Shown here piece after piece: positions 37,178 to 46,967 of a DNA stretch of 64,000 nt. Made by a program: the position numbers and the translations under genes. Positions within the stretch are counted from its first letter, which is position 1; each line of letters begins with the position of its first letter. The notes below the pieces were generated by a model. It ran no database searches and was not told the origin of the DNA. It was given only the letters and a program-made list of their open reading frames with translations. The DNA is from Candidatus Falkowbacteria bacterium (lineage in GTDB: Bacteria > Patescibacteriota > Patescibacteriia > UBA11705), in the NCBI GenBank assembly GCA_003518055.1, contig DOZJ01000006.1, forward strand, positions 136,912 through 200,911, in the 5' to 3' direction.

Positions 37178-38218
37178 ATGACAACGAATATTGCGAGCGG
37201 ACTGAAGGGCGTTATTGATAATTTTAATGAAAAACCGTTTTTAATTGTGGTTACACAAGTTGATCCTGATGCTTTGGGTTCTGCTTGTGGTTTGGCTGAA
37301 ATTATTCGGATTCTTGGCGGTAAAGTGGAATTGGTTTATTGCGGATATGTTGCTCATCCGCAGAATCGAGCCATCTTCAATCGATATAATTTGGAAACGG
37401 TTTTTAAGTCAATTGCGGATTTTACGACCTTTGACGGCTATAATGTTTGTTTGGTTGATTCGAGTACAATCGGAGACGTGAGGCTGGGACCGTTTAAGCG
37501 GACGTTCAAACCGGTAATCGTAATCGATCATCATCGTGGTCATGATTTTGAGTGTCCGGAGGTTCCATATTGTTTGATTGAAGAGGTCGGAGCTTGCGCC
37601 ACGTTAATCGTGGAAATCATCAATGAATTGAACTTGGTTTTTGATGAGAGCAAGAAATATTTGAGTTACCTGTTGGCATTGGGAATTTATACTGATACCA
37701 AGAGCTTGATTAGCGCAGGGGAGAGAGATCGTACGGCTTTTGGCGAAATTACCAAGAATATTTCTGAAACTGAACTTTCAAAGATGATTGAGTATCCTCT
37801 GCCCGATACATATTATCGGAATATGAAGCATGCGCTTCAGAGAATGGAGCAGCGGGGATCTCGGGTGTTGACCAACATCGGTTATATTAAGCCGGATGAA
37901 GGTGATGATCTTTCAACAATTGCTGATTTGTTAATTCGCCATGACGGTGTCAGTTTGGTTGTGGTTTGGGGTGTGATTGGCGATAAGGTGAGAATCAGTT
38001 CTCGCAATCGGGACATTTCTGTTTCTTTACTGACTTTTATGAAAGAGCGGTTTGGTGAACGTTCAGGTGCCAAGTTGACGCCTGATGGCCGAGGCGAGGG
38101 AGGGGCGATTCTTGATTTGAATTTCTATACTTTCTGGTTGTGTGACACCAATAGGAGCGTAGTTGCTGATGCCGTTAATTTGAAGCTGCAATCGCTAGTA
38201 TTCCCGACAGAAGAATAG
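37178..38218 (+). CDS. DHH/DHHA1 phosphoesterase, NrnA-like nanoRNase / pAp phosphatase
   Basis: DHH motif VIVIDHHRGHD and glycine-rich DHHA1 motifs. 346 aa. Confidence 0.6.
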   Translation: MTTNIASGLKGVIDNFNEKPFLIVVTQVDPDALGSACGLAEIIRILGGKVELVYCGYVAHPQNRAIFNRYNLETVFKSIADFTTFDGYNVCLVDSSTIGDVRLGPFKRTFKPVIVIDHHRGHDFECPEVPYCLIEEVGACATLIVEIINELNLVFDESKKYLSYLLALGIYTDTKSLISAGERDRTAFGEITKNISETELSKMIEYPLPDTYYRNMKHALQRMEQRGSRVLTNIGYIKPDEGDDLSTIADLLIRHDGVSLVVVWGVIGDKVRISSRNRDISVSLLTFMKERFGERSGAKLTPDGRGEGGAILDLNFYTFWLCDTNRSVVADAVNLKLQSLVFPTEE

Positions 38219-38321
38219 ATAAGACGTAATTAAGAGCTAAAAATGCTCTTTTTTCATTTGCAAAACTTAGTAGAATAAGATAGAATGTTTGTATTAACTA
38301 CAACTTGTCACATTGAGTTTG

Positions 38322-38440
38322 CCGAAGGGTACGACATGCTTCCCGCCTACGTTACACCCTATGCTAAAGCTTCGGGTGTCAAGAAAACTCCGGCGGGCAG
38401 GCGAGAGCCTTCCACCTTCACTCAAGTTTCGGTGGACAAG
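38322..38440. repeat. GC-rich dispersed repeat R3, in frame upstream of alaS
   Basis: ATGCTTCCCGCCTACGTT...GCTAAAGC...CCGGCGGGCAGGCGAGAGCC. Encodes MLPAYVTPYAKASGVKKTPAGRREPS, contiguous in frame with AlaRS. Confidence 0.6.
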
Positions 38441-38457
38441 CAGTATGACAAAAAGAA

Positions 38458-40309
38458 TATGACGACTCACGAGCTCAGAAAAAAATATTTAGACTTTTTT
38501 AAAAGTAAAGGGCATGCCATCATTCTTTCCGCCTCTTTGATTCCGGAAAATGATCCAACGACATTATTTACCGGTTCCGGTATGCAGCCGATGGTGCCAT
38601 TTTTGCTTGGGCAAAAACATCCGCTTGGGACAAGAATTGCGGATTCGCAGCGGTCTTTTCGAACGCAAGATATAGAAGACGTGGGCGACAATAGACACAC
38701 GACTTGTTTTGAAATGCTTGGTAACTGGAGCCTCGGAGATTATTTTAAAGCAGAGCAAATTCCGTGGATGTTTGAATTTTTGACAGAAGAATTAAGGCTT
38801 GATCCCAATCGATTATACATTACCGTCTTTGGCGGCCAGAAGGAAATCGGGATTGACCGTGATGATGAAGCGGTTGAATTGTGGCAAGAGCAATTCAAGA
38901 AAAAAGGGATTGACGCTAAGGCGCTCGATGATGCGAAAGTTGATGGTATGCGCGACGGCCGGATTTTCTATTATGATGAAACCAAAAACTGGTGGAGTCG
39001 AGCTGGTATAACTTCAAATATGCCGGTCGGTGAACCGGGTGGCCCCGATTCGGAGATATTTTGGGATTTTGGCGTTGAAAGAAAAATACATGAAAATTCT
39101 ACTTACAAAAATGAAGAATGCCATGTAAATTGCGATTGCGGCCGATTCGTGGAAATCGGGAACAATGTTTTTATGCAATATATTAAAGCTGAAACTGGTT
39201 TTGATGAGTTATCGCAGCGAAACGTGGATTTCGGCGGTGGATTGGAACGCATGACAATGGCCACGATTGATTCACCGGATATTTTCCATATTGATTTGTT
39301 TCAAGTGGCGATAAAAAAACTGGAAGAACTCAGCGGAAAAAAATATAATGATAATGTTGAGGATGACAAAGCCTTTCGAATAATTGCCGATCATCTGAAA
39401 GCGGCGACCCTCTTAATTTATGATGGTGCGATTCCATCAAATGTGGATCAAGGTTATTTCACCCGCAGATTAATTCGACGGTCAATCCGTTATGCCAATC
39501 AATTGGGTATTACTAAACATTTTGCGATCGAAATAGTGGGATCATATATTGAATATTATTCTCAGGTTTACAATATTGCAGAAAAGAAAAATTTTATTAT
39601 TCAAGAAATTCTCAAAGAAGAAGAAAAATTCAGCAAAACTTTGGAGCGGGGAATCAAAGAGTTTGAAAAAATGGCGGAGAAAAAACAGATGAGCGGCGAG
39701 GAAGCGTTTGTTTTGTTCTCAACCTATGGCTTTCCATTTGAAATGACAGAGGAGTTGGCCAAGGAAAGCGGATTTGAAATTGACAGAGTCGCCTTTGATG
39801 CCAAATTTGCCAAGCATCAGGAACTCTCCCGTCAAGGCGCGGAAAAGAAGTTTAAGGGTGGGTTGGCTGATCATTCGGAGAAAACCACAAGATTGCATAC
39901 CGCCACTCATTTGCTTCATGCGGCGCTCCGAAAAGTTTTGGGCGATCATGTGTTTCAGAAGGGCAGCAATATTACGGAAGAACGGCTTCGATTTGATTTT
40001 TCCCATCCGGAAAAGATGACACCAGAGCAGCTTGAACAAGTTCAGACGTTGGTTAACGGCTGGATAAAAGCCGATTATCAGGTGAGCTGTGAGGAATTGC
40101 CTTACGATGAAGCCAGAAAACGAAATGTGATGGGTTTGTTTGACGATAAATATGGTGATATAGTAAAAGTGTATTCGGTTGGCGATATCTCAGCTGAAAT
40201 GTGTGGCGGACCGCATGTTACTCATACCGGTGAGCTTGGACAGTTTGAAATAAAGAAAGAAGAAGCCAGTTCGGCCGGTGTCAGAAGAATTAAAGCAATA
40301 TTAAATTAA
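38458..40309 (+). CDS. alaS: Alanyl-tRNA synthetase (catalytic + editing domains, no C-Ala domain)
   Basis: Class II core (FTGSGMQP, GNWSLGDYFK) and editing-domain HxxxH...CGGxH. The upstream in-frame ATGs at 38285/38336 would add a repeat-encoded extension. Confidence 0.8.
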
Positions 40310-40318
40310 TATCAAAAT

Positions 40319-40579
40319 ATGGGGGAACGAAATATCCCAAGACGAGAGCCGTCATTGCATGACCCTGATAGAGTAGAAACTTTTATTAGAGTGGCACAGT
40401 TAATAGAAGCCGGACGTTTGCGTGAGGTGCCGGCGCAAGATTTTGGTGTTTACGTCGATATTTTTGGCCGGAGTTTAGACCAATTACGACGCGATGATCC
40501 GGATACATATGAAGAATTCCGTCGAAAGTTGCAGGTTAGATTTGAGGCGTTTAAGGAACTTAATCGAAATATTTTATGA
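40319..40579 (+). CDS. Hypothetical protein
   Basis: 86-aa ORF. No recognisable domain. Confidence 0.3.
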   Translation: MGERNIPRREPSLHDPDRVETFIRVAQLIEAGRLREVPAQDFGVYVDIFGRSLDQLRRDDPDTYEEFRRKLQVRFEAFKELNRNIL

Positions 40580-40845
40580 CAAAAAAATGTGATCAATGCG
40601 GTGCGCCGATTGAAGGTTTTTTGGCCAAAATTTCGGCTCTGCTTGGAGTAAAAAAATCAGAGGCCAATCCAAATCAATGCAATAAATGTGATGCGCAGCC
40701 GGCCAATGAATCAAACACTGATCCAAATAAATCAGTCGAAATTACGCCGGCGTCGAATGGCGATGTGGCGGATGAAATTATCGATGAAAAAGATATGGTA
40801 CCAACCGAAAACGTGGATTCAGCGGCTGAAAAACATGAAATGTAA
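40576..40845 (+). CDS. Small zinc-ribbon protein
   Basis: CDQCGAP...CNKCDAQP cysteine pairs. 89 aa. Confidence 0.35.
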   Translation: MTKKCDQCGAPIEGFLAKISALLGVKKSEANPNQCNKCDAQPANESNTDPNKSVEITPASNGDVADEIIDEKDMVPTENVDSAAEKHEM

Positions 40846-40888
40846 ATGATAGAAAATAGAAAACACTCTGGATTCAGAGTGTTTTTTG

Positions 40889-41254
40889 TTAGTCTGGAAA
40901 TCCGCAGTCAATAAATGCAAAATCAAGCGGATTGTCATCTCTGCGGGCTGATCTTGGTCGTTTGCTGCGGTGGTAGCGATCCCAGGCTTTTTTAGTTTCT
41001 TGCTCTCTCCACTCTCGCCAAACTCCTCCGAAAAGCTGATTGAAAAGCTTGAAAATGATTTTTTTATTTTCAAATTTTTTTAGATGAGTTTGGTAAAATG
41101 GATAGTAATTCTCATCATAAAATTTGGCGAGAGCTAATAATCTATTTCTGAGCGCTAGTAGCTGGCAATGGATAAATGTGTCTCTTTCAAAACGGGCGAG
41201 ATGGCGGTTATAAAGTTTATATACTAAACTGGCGAGCCAAAGCCGTAGATTCAT
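40889..41254 (-). CDS. Hypothetical basic protein
   Basis: 121-aa ORF divergent from the four-helix-bundle gene. No recognisable domain. Confidence 0.35.
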   Translation of the reverse strand: MNLRLWLASLVYKLYNRHLARFERDTFIHCQLLALRNRLLALAKFYDENYYPFYQTHLKKFENKKIIFKLFNQLFGGVWREWREQETKKAWDRYHRSKRPRSARRDDNPLDFAFIDCGFPD

Positions 41255-41404
41255 GATGCCTCCTTGTGGGTCGGTGATGTTGATAACTTAGCATTTTTGC
41301 GTTTTTTGTCAAGGTAGCATTAAGCGTGATTTGTTGGTAAAATATAGTTCACGGTTTAAAGTCGTAACGCGTAACTCGAGATCCGTAATTCGTTTGAATA
41401 AAGT

Positions 41405-41779
41405 ATGGCTTATGATTTTTATGATTTAGATACCTGGAAAGTTGCTCATAGCTTTGTGATGGATATATACGAGTTGTCAAAATGTTTACCTAATGATGAA
41501 CGTTTTGGTTTAATTAGTCAGATTCGGCGTGCAGCTGTTTCTATAACTTCTAATATCGCTGAAGGGCATTCTCGCTTTTATTTTAAAGATAAAGTAAGAT
41601 TTTATTATTATGCAAGGGCTTCTGCAGCGGAAGTGTTGAGCCAACTTTTTATTTTTCGGGATTTGGGCTATTTGAATGAAAGCGAAATGACTAAAATGCT
41701 AGAAAAATGTAATAGAGTTAGAATGTTAATAAATGGCATGATTAGGGCAATCGAAACAGAAAATCAGAATGAGGTTTAA
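41405..41779 (+). CDS. Four-helix-bundle protein (the TIGR02436 / 23S rRNA intervening-sequence protein family)
   Basis: LISQIRRAAVSITSNIAEGHSRF...ARASAAEV matches the family signature (L.SQ.RRAAVSIPSNIAEG...ARGS..E). Confidence 0.8.
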   Translation: MAYDFYDLDTWKVAHSFVMDIYELSKCLPNDERFGLISQIRRAAVSITSNIAEGHSRFYFKDKVRFYYYARASAAEVLSQLFIFRDLGYLNESEMTKMLEKCNRVRMLINGMIRAIETENQNEV

Positions 41780-41804
41780 AATCAGTTCGAGCGAATATCG
41801 AATT

Positions 41805-44381
41805 ATGAATGACGAAAAACAAAATTTATCTATGCCCGAACCCACTCCAATGTTCAAACAATACAATGACATCAAAGAAAAATATTTGAATGATATTCTC
41901 TTTTTTCGTATGGGGGATTTTTATGAGATGTTTGGGGAGGACGCAAAGGTGGCGTCAAAAATTTTGAATATAACTTTAACGAAAAGAGCCAAGGGGACGG
42001 AAAATGAAATCCCGATGTGCGGTATTCCTTATCACGCGGCTGAGGGGTATATCGCCAAATTAACTAGAGCGGGGAAACGAGTGGCTGTATGCGAGCAAAC
42101 CAGCGATCCGGCGTTGCCGGGGATTGTCAAACGGGAAGTGGTTCGGATTGTTACTCCGGGTACTACTATGGATGACAGTGTTTTGGAGACCGGGCACAAC
42201 AATTATATTTTGAGTTTAATCTTGCAAAAAGATATCTGGGGTTTGGCATTGTGTGATTTGACGACAGGGGAGTTCCAAGCGAGCGAATTCAATGACTTTG
42301 AAATTATAAAAACCGAGGTTAACCGATTGGCTCCAAGTGAAGTGGTGGTGGTTCCGGAATTGTTCAATGATTCCCGTTACCATTCATATATTAAAACGTT
42401 GAAAAATATTCAGGTTTATACCTTGCCTCCGTATGTTGAAGCGGAGAAAGGTTTGATTAAACAGTTTAAGGTGAAAAATTTAGCTTCATTTGGTTTGGCG
42501 TCTTTACCCATGGCGATCGAGGCGGCTGGTTTGCTTTTAGCGTATCTTTCCGAGATGCAAAAAACATCACTTGAACATTTGCTGACAATCAAGAGATACG
42601 CGGCGGAAAATTATATGGTATTGGATCAGTCGACGATTCGTAACTTGGAATTGTTTCAAAACAATTGGGATTTTTCTCGTCGCGGCAGTTTGATCGAAGT
42701 GATTGATCGCACTCAGACGGGTATGGGCGCCCGGCTGCTGCGTCGTAACATGATTTTACCGTTTATCAGCGTGAATCAAATAGAAAAAAGACATGAGGCG
42801 GTGGCGGAATTGATCGACCAGCCGATAATTTGCAGCGATATTGGACTGAATTTAAAGCAAATGGCTGATTTTGAACGCTTGATTGGACGGATCGGGTGCG
42901 CTCGAGCTAATGCCAGGGATTTGGTGGCGCTTAAAAACAGTTTGTTATTGGTCGAACCGATTGTTAAGGTTTTGGTTGAGGTAAAATCAGAGGCATTATT
43001 GTCAATCAGAAATACTTTGCCTAGAAATGAAGTTTTGATTGATTTGATTCAAAATACGTTAGTGGATGAACCGCCGATCTTTTTAACTGAGGGCGGCATG
43101 ATTAGACCGGGGGTACATCAAGAATTAGATGAACTCCGTCAAGTGTCACATGGCGGCAAAGAGTGGCTGATGCGCTATCAATCTGAGCAGGTGGAATATT
43201 CTGGTATTTCTTCTTTAAAAGTTAAATATAACAAAGTTTTTGGATATTACATTGAAATCAGCAAAACAAATTTAGACTCGGTGCCGGAAAAGTATATCCG
43301 GAAACAGACTTTGGTCAACGCCGAACGGTTTATCACGCCGGAATTGAAAGAATACGAAGACAAAGTTCTTGGGGCGGAAGATAAAATTAGCCAGATTGAA
43401 TATCAATTGTTTAATGAATTGCGGGAAAAGGTGGTGAAATATTTTGCCGGCGTCCAAACAACCGCGCAATTAATTTCTGAACTTGATGTGATACTCAGTT
43501 TTGTCATTAGCGCGAAAGAACGGAAATATTGCCGGCCGCAGATGAATGATCGTGATGAAATTCGAATTGTTGATGGTCGTCATCCGGTGATTGAAACCAT
43601 TGAAGAGTTTTATGTCCCCAACGACACGGTTTTGGATCATGAGGCCAACGAATTGGTGATATTAACCGGTCCCAATATGAGCGGTAAATCCAGTTATTTG
43701 CGGCAAGTCGCGCTGATGACATTAATGGCGCAGATTGGATCATATGTTCCGGCCAAAGAAGCTAATTTGGCGGTGGCTGATCGAATTTTTACTCGGGTTG
43801 GAGCCAGCGATAATTTGAGCCAAGGTGTTTCAACTTTTATGAATGAAATGCAAGAGGCGGCCAACATTCTGAATAACGCGACAAAGCGTTCGTTGATAAT
43901 CTTAGATGAAATCGGGCGCGGCACCTCGACTTTTGATGGGGTGAGTATTGCGTGGGCGATTGTCGAATATATTCATGATATGATTCGAGCCAAAACTTTG
44001 TTTGCCACTCATTATCATGAACTGACCGATTTACCCAACAAACTTCAAAGAGCGGAAAATTATTGTGTGGCGGTGTCTGAAAAAGATGGCCGGGTGATTT
44101 TTCTTCATAAAATTATCAAAGGTGCGACCAGTGACAGTTATGGCATAGAAGTTGCCAAACTGGCCGGTCTGCCGGCCAAAATAATCGATCGAGCCGAAGA
44201 AGTGCTTCGCGAGCTGGAAGAAAAATCAAATATCCAAATCGATAAACCGGTCCAAACAAGTTTACAATTGTCACCGAGAGAAGAAAAATTAACGCGCGAA
44301 ATCGCCAAGGTCGATCCAAATAATTTAACCCCGATTGAAGCGTTGCAGCAGATTGAAAAATGGAAACGGGAGCTAGAGTAA
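41805..44381 (+). CDS. mutS: DNA mismatch repair protein MutS
   Basis: N-terminal mismatch-binding domain (FFRMGDFYEMFGEDA), Walker A GPNMSGKSS, and a DE...TH motif. Confidence 0.9.
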   Translation: MNDEKQNLSMPEPTPMFKQYNDIKEKYLNDILFFRMGDFYEMFGEDAKVASKILNITLTKRAKGTENEIPMCGIPYHAAEGYIAKLTRAGKRVAVCEQTSDPALPGIVKREVVRIVTPGTTMDDSVLETGHNNYILSLILQKDIWGLALCDLTTGEFQASEFNDFEIIKTEVNRLAPSEVVVVPELFNDSRYHSYIKTLKNIQVYTLPPYVEAEKGLIKQFKVKNLASFGLASLPMAIEAAGLLLAYLSEMQKTSLEHLLTIKRYAAENYMVLDQSTIRNLELFQNNWDFSRRGSLIEVIDRTQTGMGARLLRRNMILPFISVNQIEKRHEAVAELIDQPIICSDIGLNLKQMADFERLIGRIGCARANARDLVALKNSLLLVEPIVKVLVEVKSEALLSIRNTLPRNEVLIDLIQNTLVDEPPIFLTEGGMIRPGVHQELDELRQVSHGGKEWLMRYQSEQVEYSGISSLKVKYNKVFGYYIEISKTNLDSVPEKYIRKQTLVNAERFITPELKEYEDKVLGAEDKISQIEYQLFNELREKVVKYFAGVQTTAQLISELDVILSFVISAKERKYCRPQMNDRDEIRIVDGRHPVIETIEEFYVPNDTVLDHEANELVILTGPNMSGKSSYLRQVALMTLMAQIGSYVPAKEANLAVADRIFTRVGASDNLSQGVSTFMNEMQEAANILNNATKRSLIILDEIGRGTSTFDGVSIAWAIVEYIHDMIRAKTLFATHYHELTDLPNKLQRAENYCVAVSEKDGRVIFLHKIIKGATSDSYGIEVAKLAGLPAKIIDRAEEVLRELEEKSNIQIDKPVQTSLQLSPREEKLTREIAKVDPNNLTPIEALQQIEKWKRELE

Positions 44382-44494
44382 AAACGGTTAATTATTTAAA
44401 TTAAATTTTTAATGTTGACAAAAGTTATTTTTGTTTGTATATTTTTTTGAAGTCATATTAAGTATTATCCACACCACCAAGAAGGGAGGCCGAG

Positions 44495-44842
44495 ATGCTA
44501 GCGGGTGTAGCGACTCTTGGAGCCCTCGTTATTGTTTTTTCCTTGATTTGTTTTGTTTTTATTATCGGGGCGAATACCTCGACCAATTCTCCAAGGGCGG
44601 CTTTGGGGGCTTTGGCCATGATTTCTTGGGTGATTACTACCTCTTTGCTGATTATTTTCTTTATTTTTGTCGTGGGCAGCGGTTCAATGGTAGTGGTTCT
44701 TCTGGGTTGTTTGGCGTTGTTTTTTCAGCTGGTAATGGCTTTGAGTATGTTTGGGGGTGAACTCGCTATCGCTTTGTCCAGTATTATTTCTTTGGGCATG
44801 AATATTTCGTTTTATGTGGTTACTTTGGCTAATTTGAGTTAA
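44495..44842 (+). CDS. Small polytopic membrane protein
   Basis: Own TTGACA-17-TATATT promoter, RBS AAGAAGGGAGG, and terminator AACAG..CTGTTTTTTT. Confidence 0.45.
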   Translation: MLAGVATLGALVIVFSLICFVFIIGANTSTNSPRAALGALAMISWVITTSLLIIFFIFVVGSGSMVVVLLGCLALFFQLVMALSMFGGELAIALSSIISLGMNISFYVVTLANLS

Positions 44843-45024
44843 AACAGTATAAAAGATGCTGTTTTTTTGATGGCAGACAGATGTCGGTATTTTATTTTGA
44901 AAGAATTGTTTATGATCACGGCGTTAACAGTAGTGTTCGGATTGTCTTGACAAACATGATAAAAAGAATAAGGTAAACTGTTAAGTTCCTTTAAAATTTT
45001 CCACGAAAACAAGGAGGACGAGCC

Positions 45025-45813
45025 ATGCTGTGGAACATAGTAATTTTAGTTTGCGCACTGGTAGCCATTTTGACCGGATTGGGTTTTATCATTTCCCACT
45101 TATTGGCGAGCGGCCGCGGTGAGCAGGCGGATACGGTTTATCGAGTTAGTCGTGGTATTCATGGTTTTGCGCGAAAAGTTGTCGGTATGGGCCGTGATCG
45201 TTTCGGAGTCAATCAGGATGCCGGAAAGTCGGGCCTTAAAAATATGGTGCTATTAACATTGTGGGATATGGTGGAGAAGAATTTGGACCAATGGAATCCG
45301 GCTTTGCAGGTGAAACGTGACTTTGAACAGCTGATTCAATCTACAATGCAGCTAATTGTCGAGGCGCAGATCAACGCGGAAAGATTAGGATCAGCTGAAG
45401 CTCAGGAGTATTTGGTTGAATGCCTGGAAGATTTGCGGACAATAGCGGCGAGACTTCCCCAATTGGAATCAATCGTTGAAACGAAAAATCAGATTATCCA
45501 AATATGGCGTGACGTTGAACTAATCGCCAAGGCGCAGAGTTTTAATGATAGCAACAAGTCTGAAACTGATTCTGCTTCAAGCGCCGGGTCGGCCAAAAGT
45601 TATTATGAGATTTTGGGGGTTGCCTCGGGCGCGACTTTAGAAGAAATTAAGCACGCGTATAAAAATCTAGCGGCGTTGTATCATCCGGACAAGTACGCTC
45701 ATTTGGCTGATGATATGAGGCAGGAGGCTGAACGGCGATTCCGAGAAATTAATTTGGCTCACTCTGTTTTGTCGGATAGACAGAAAAGAAGCGCTTATGA
45801 CCAATCACTTTGA
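45025..45813 (+). CDS. Membrane-anchored J-domain protein
   Basis: N-terminal TM helix, coiled-coil middle, and a C-terminal J domain with HPD (YYEILGV...YHPDKY...RSAYD). Confidence 0.6.
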   Translation: MLWNIVILVCALVAILTGLGFIISHLLASGRGEQADTVYRVSRGIHGFARKVVGMGRDRFGVNQDAGKSGLKNMVLLTLWDMVEKNLDQWNPALQVKRDFEQLIQSTMQLIVEAQINAERLGSAEAQEYLVECLEDLRTIAARLPQLESIVETKNQIIQIWRDVELIAKAQSFNDSNKSETDSASSAGSAKSYYEILGVASGATLEEIKHAYKNLAALYHPDKYAHLADDMRQEAERRFREINLAHSVLSDRQKRSAYDQSL

Positions 45814-45822
45814 CCAAGGAGG

Positions 45823-46617
45823 ATGCTGATGACTGATGATAAACTAGAGCGTGTTGCCTCGGTTGATATTGGACGGTTGCGGCGAAAAAGAATGGCGGAA
45901 CAAACTGTTGGCGCACTTGTGGCTGGAAAAAACATGGTTCCAGATTTGCAATTGGTGGTGATGGCTGATATTACCGGCAGTATGTATAAATACTTTGATG
46001 AAGTAAGGCAAAAATTTGCTGAAATTGTGGCGGCGGTAAAAAAAGAAGTGCCCCGATCACAATTCGCGGTTTTTGCTTATCGTAATCATGGTGATGAAGA
46101 TCGATATGATCAGATATTTTACGCGTCACCATTATCGAGTGATGAAGAAGCAGTTGCGAAGTTTATTCGTGACATTAAACGCGGCGGCGGTGGATCGGAC
46201 GCGCTTACTTGCATGGAAGATTGTCTGCGGGAAGCAAATGGTTTGACGTGGCAGTCAAAAGCGCAGAAAGCGATAGTGATTGTTGGCGACATGCCTCCTC
46301 ATGGAGTGTTGGATTCGCTGGATAAATGTTATCGAGGGATTGATTATCGAGCGGAGATTTCTGCGTTGAAGAATAATGGTGTCCGGATTTATCCGGTTTT
46401 TTGCGGCGACAATCAGCGAGTGAAGGATTTTTATCAATCAATGGCGGTCCAAACCGGCGGCCGATTGATGGATTTGGCGCATATTGGTGAAATTGTTACA
46501 TTACTGGTCGCTGTTTGCATGAAAGAAACAGGCAAGTTGGATAAGTTTTTAGCCGATTTACGGGCGCAAAAACAGCTTAGTCCCGGTCAGGAACGGATTA
46601 TCAAAGCTTTGTTGTGA
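45823..46617 (+). CDS. von Willebrand factor A (vWA) domain protein
   Basis: MIDAS DxTGS (VVMADITGSM), GGGSDA and VIVGDMPPHG motifs. Start is 10 nt after the J-protein stop, with RBS GGAGGA. Confidence 0.65.
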   Translation: MLMTDDKLERVASVDIGRLRRKRMAEQTVGALVAGKNMVPDLQLVVMADITGSMYKYFDEVRQKFAEIVAAVKKEVPRSQFAVFAYRNHGDEDRYDQIFYASPLSSDEEAVAKFIRDIKRGGGGSDALTCMEDCLREANGLTWQSKAQKAIVIVGDMPPHGVLDSLDKCYRGIDYRAEISALKNNGVRIYPVFCGDNQRVKDFYQSMAVQTGGRLMDLAHIGEIVTLLVAVCMKETGKLDKFLADLRAQKQLSPGQERIIKALL

Positions 46618-46764
46618 TAGCGGATAGCTTAAAGAGTTATCCGTTTTTGTTGTTTTAACTATAACTACGGAAGTTAGACCGTGTTATAAAATATATCAGA
46701 ATAGTATTTTATTGTATTTTTTATCTTATTTTAGCTAAATTTCTGTAGTTATAGTTAAAGCCAA

Positions 46765-46793
46765 TTGACAAATATAAAAAACTATGCTGTAAT
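46765..46793 (+). promoter_or_regulatory. Promoter-like TTGACA-17-TGTAAT upstream of the GC-rich noncoding element
   Basis: TTGACAaatataaaaaactatgcTGTAAT. Confidence 0.35.
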
Positions 46794-46828
46794 GGACTAT
46801 TGACAATCAAGATTGGTTTTATTGACGT

Positions 46829-46959
46829 GGGCAGCGCGATTAGTCGCAATTAGGTTACTGTTCGTGAAGTTAGTTTGTTAACTTCGCGCTGCCCAGTTCT
46901 TTTGAGACCAACACCCTGAAAGGAAGTAAAGATTTGATTCTTTCTACTGGGTGTTTTTT
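46829..46959 (+). terminator. Two consecutive strong stem-loops, each followed by a T-run
   Basis: GGGCAGCGCGA...TCGCGCTGCCC (11-bp perfect stem with a nested hairpin) followed by AGTTCTTTT. AACACCC...GGGTGTT followed by TTTTT. Confidence 0.45.
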
Positions 46960-46967
46960 GAAAATTC

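Noticed and set aside
39719-40039. Antisense ORFs inside alaS, mutS, mutL, lepA, recJ and similar genes (for example 39719..40039 -, 43272..43469 -, 48292..48576 -)
   Set aside because: They are embedded in and antisense to well-supported conserved genes. No independent signals.
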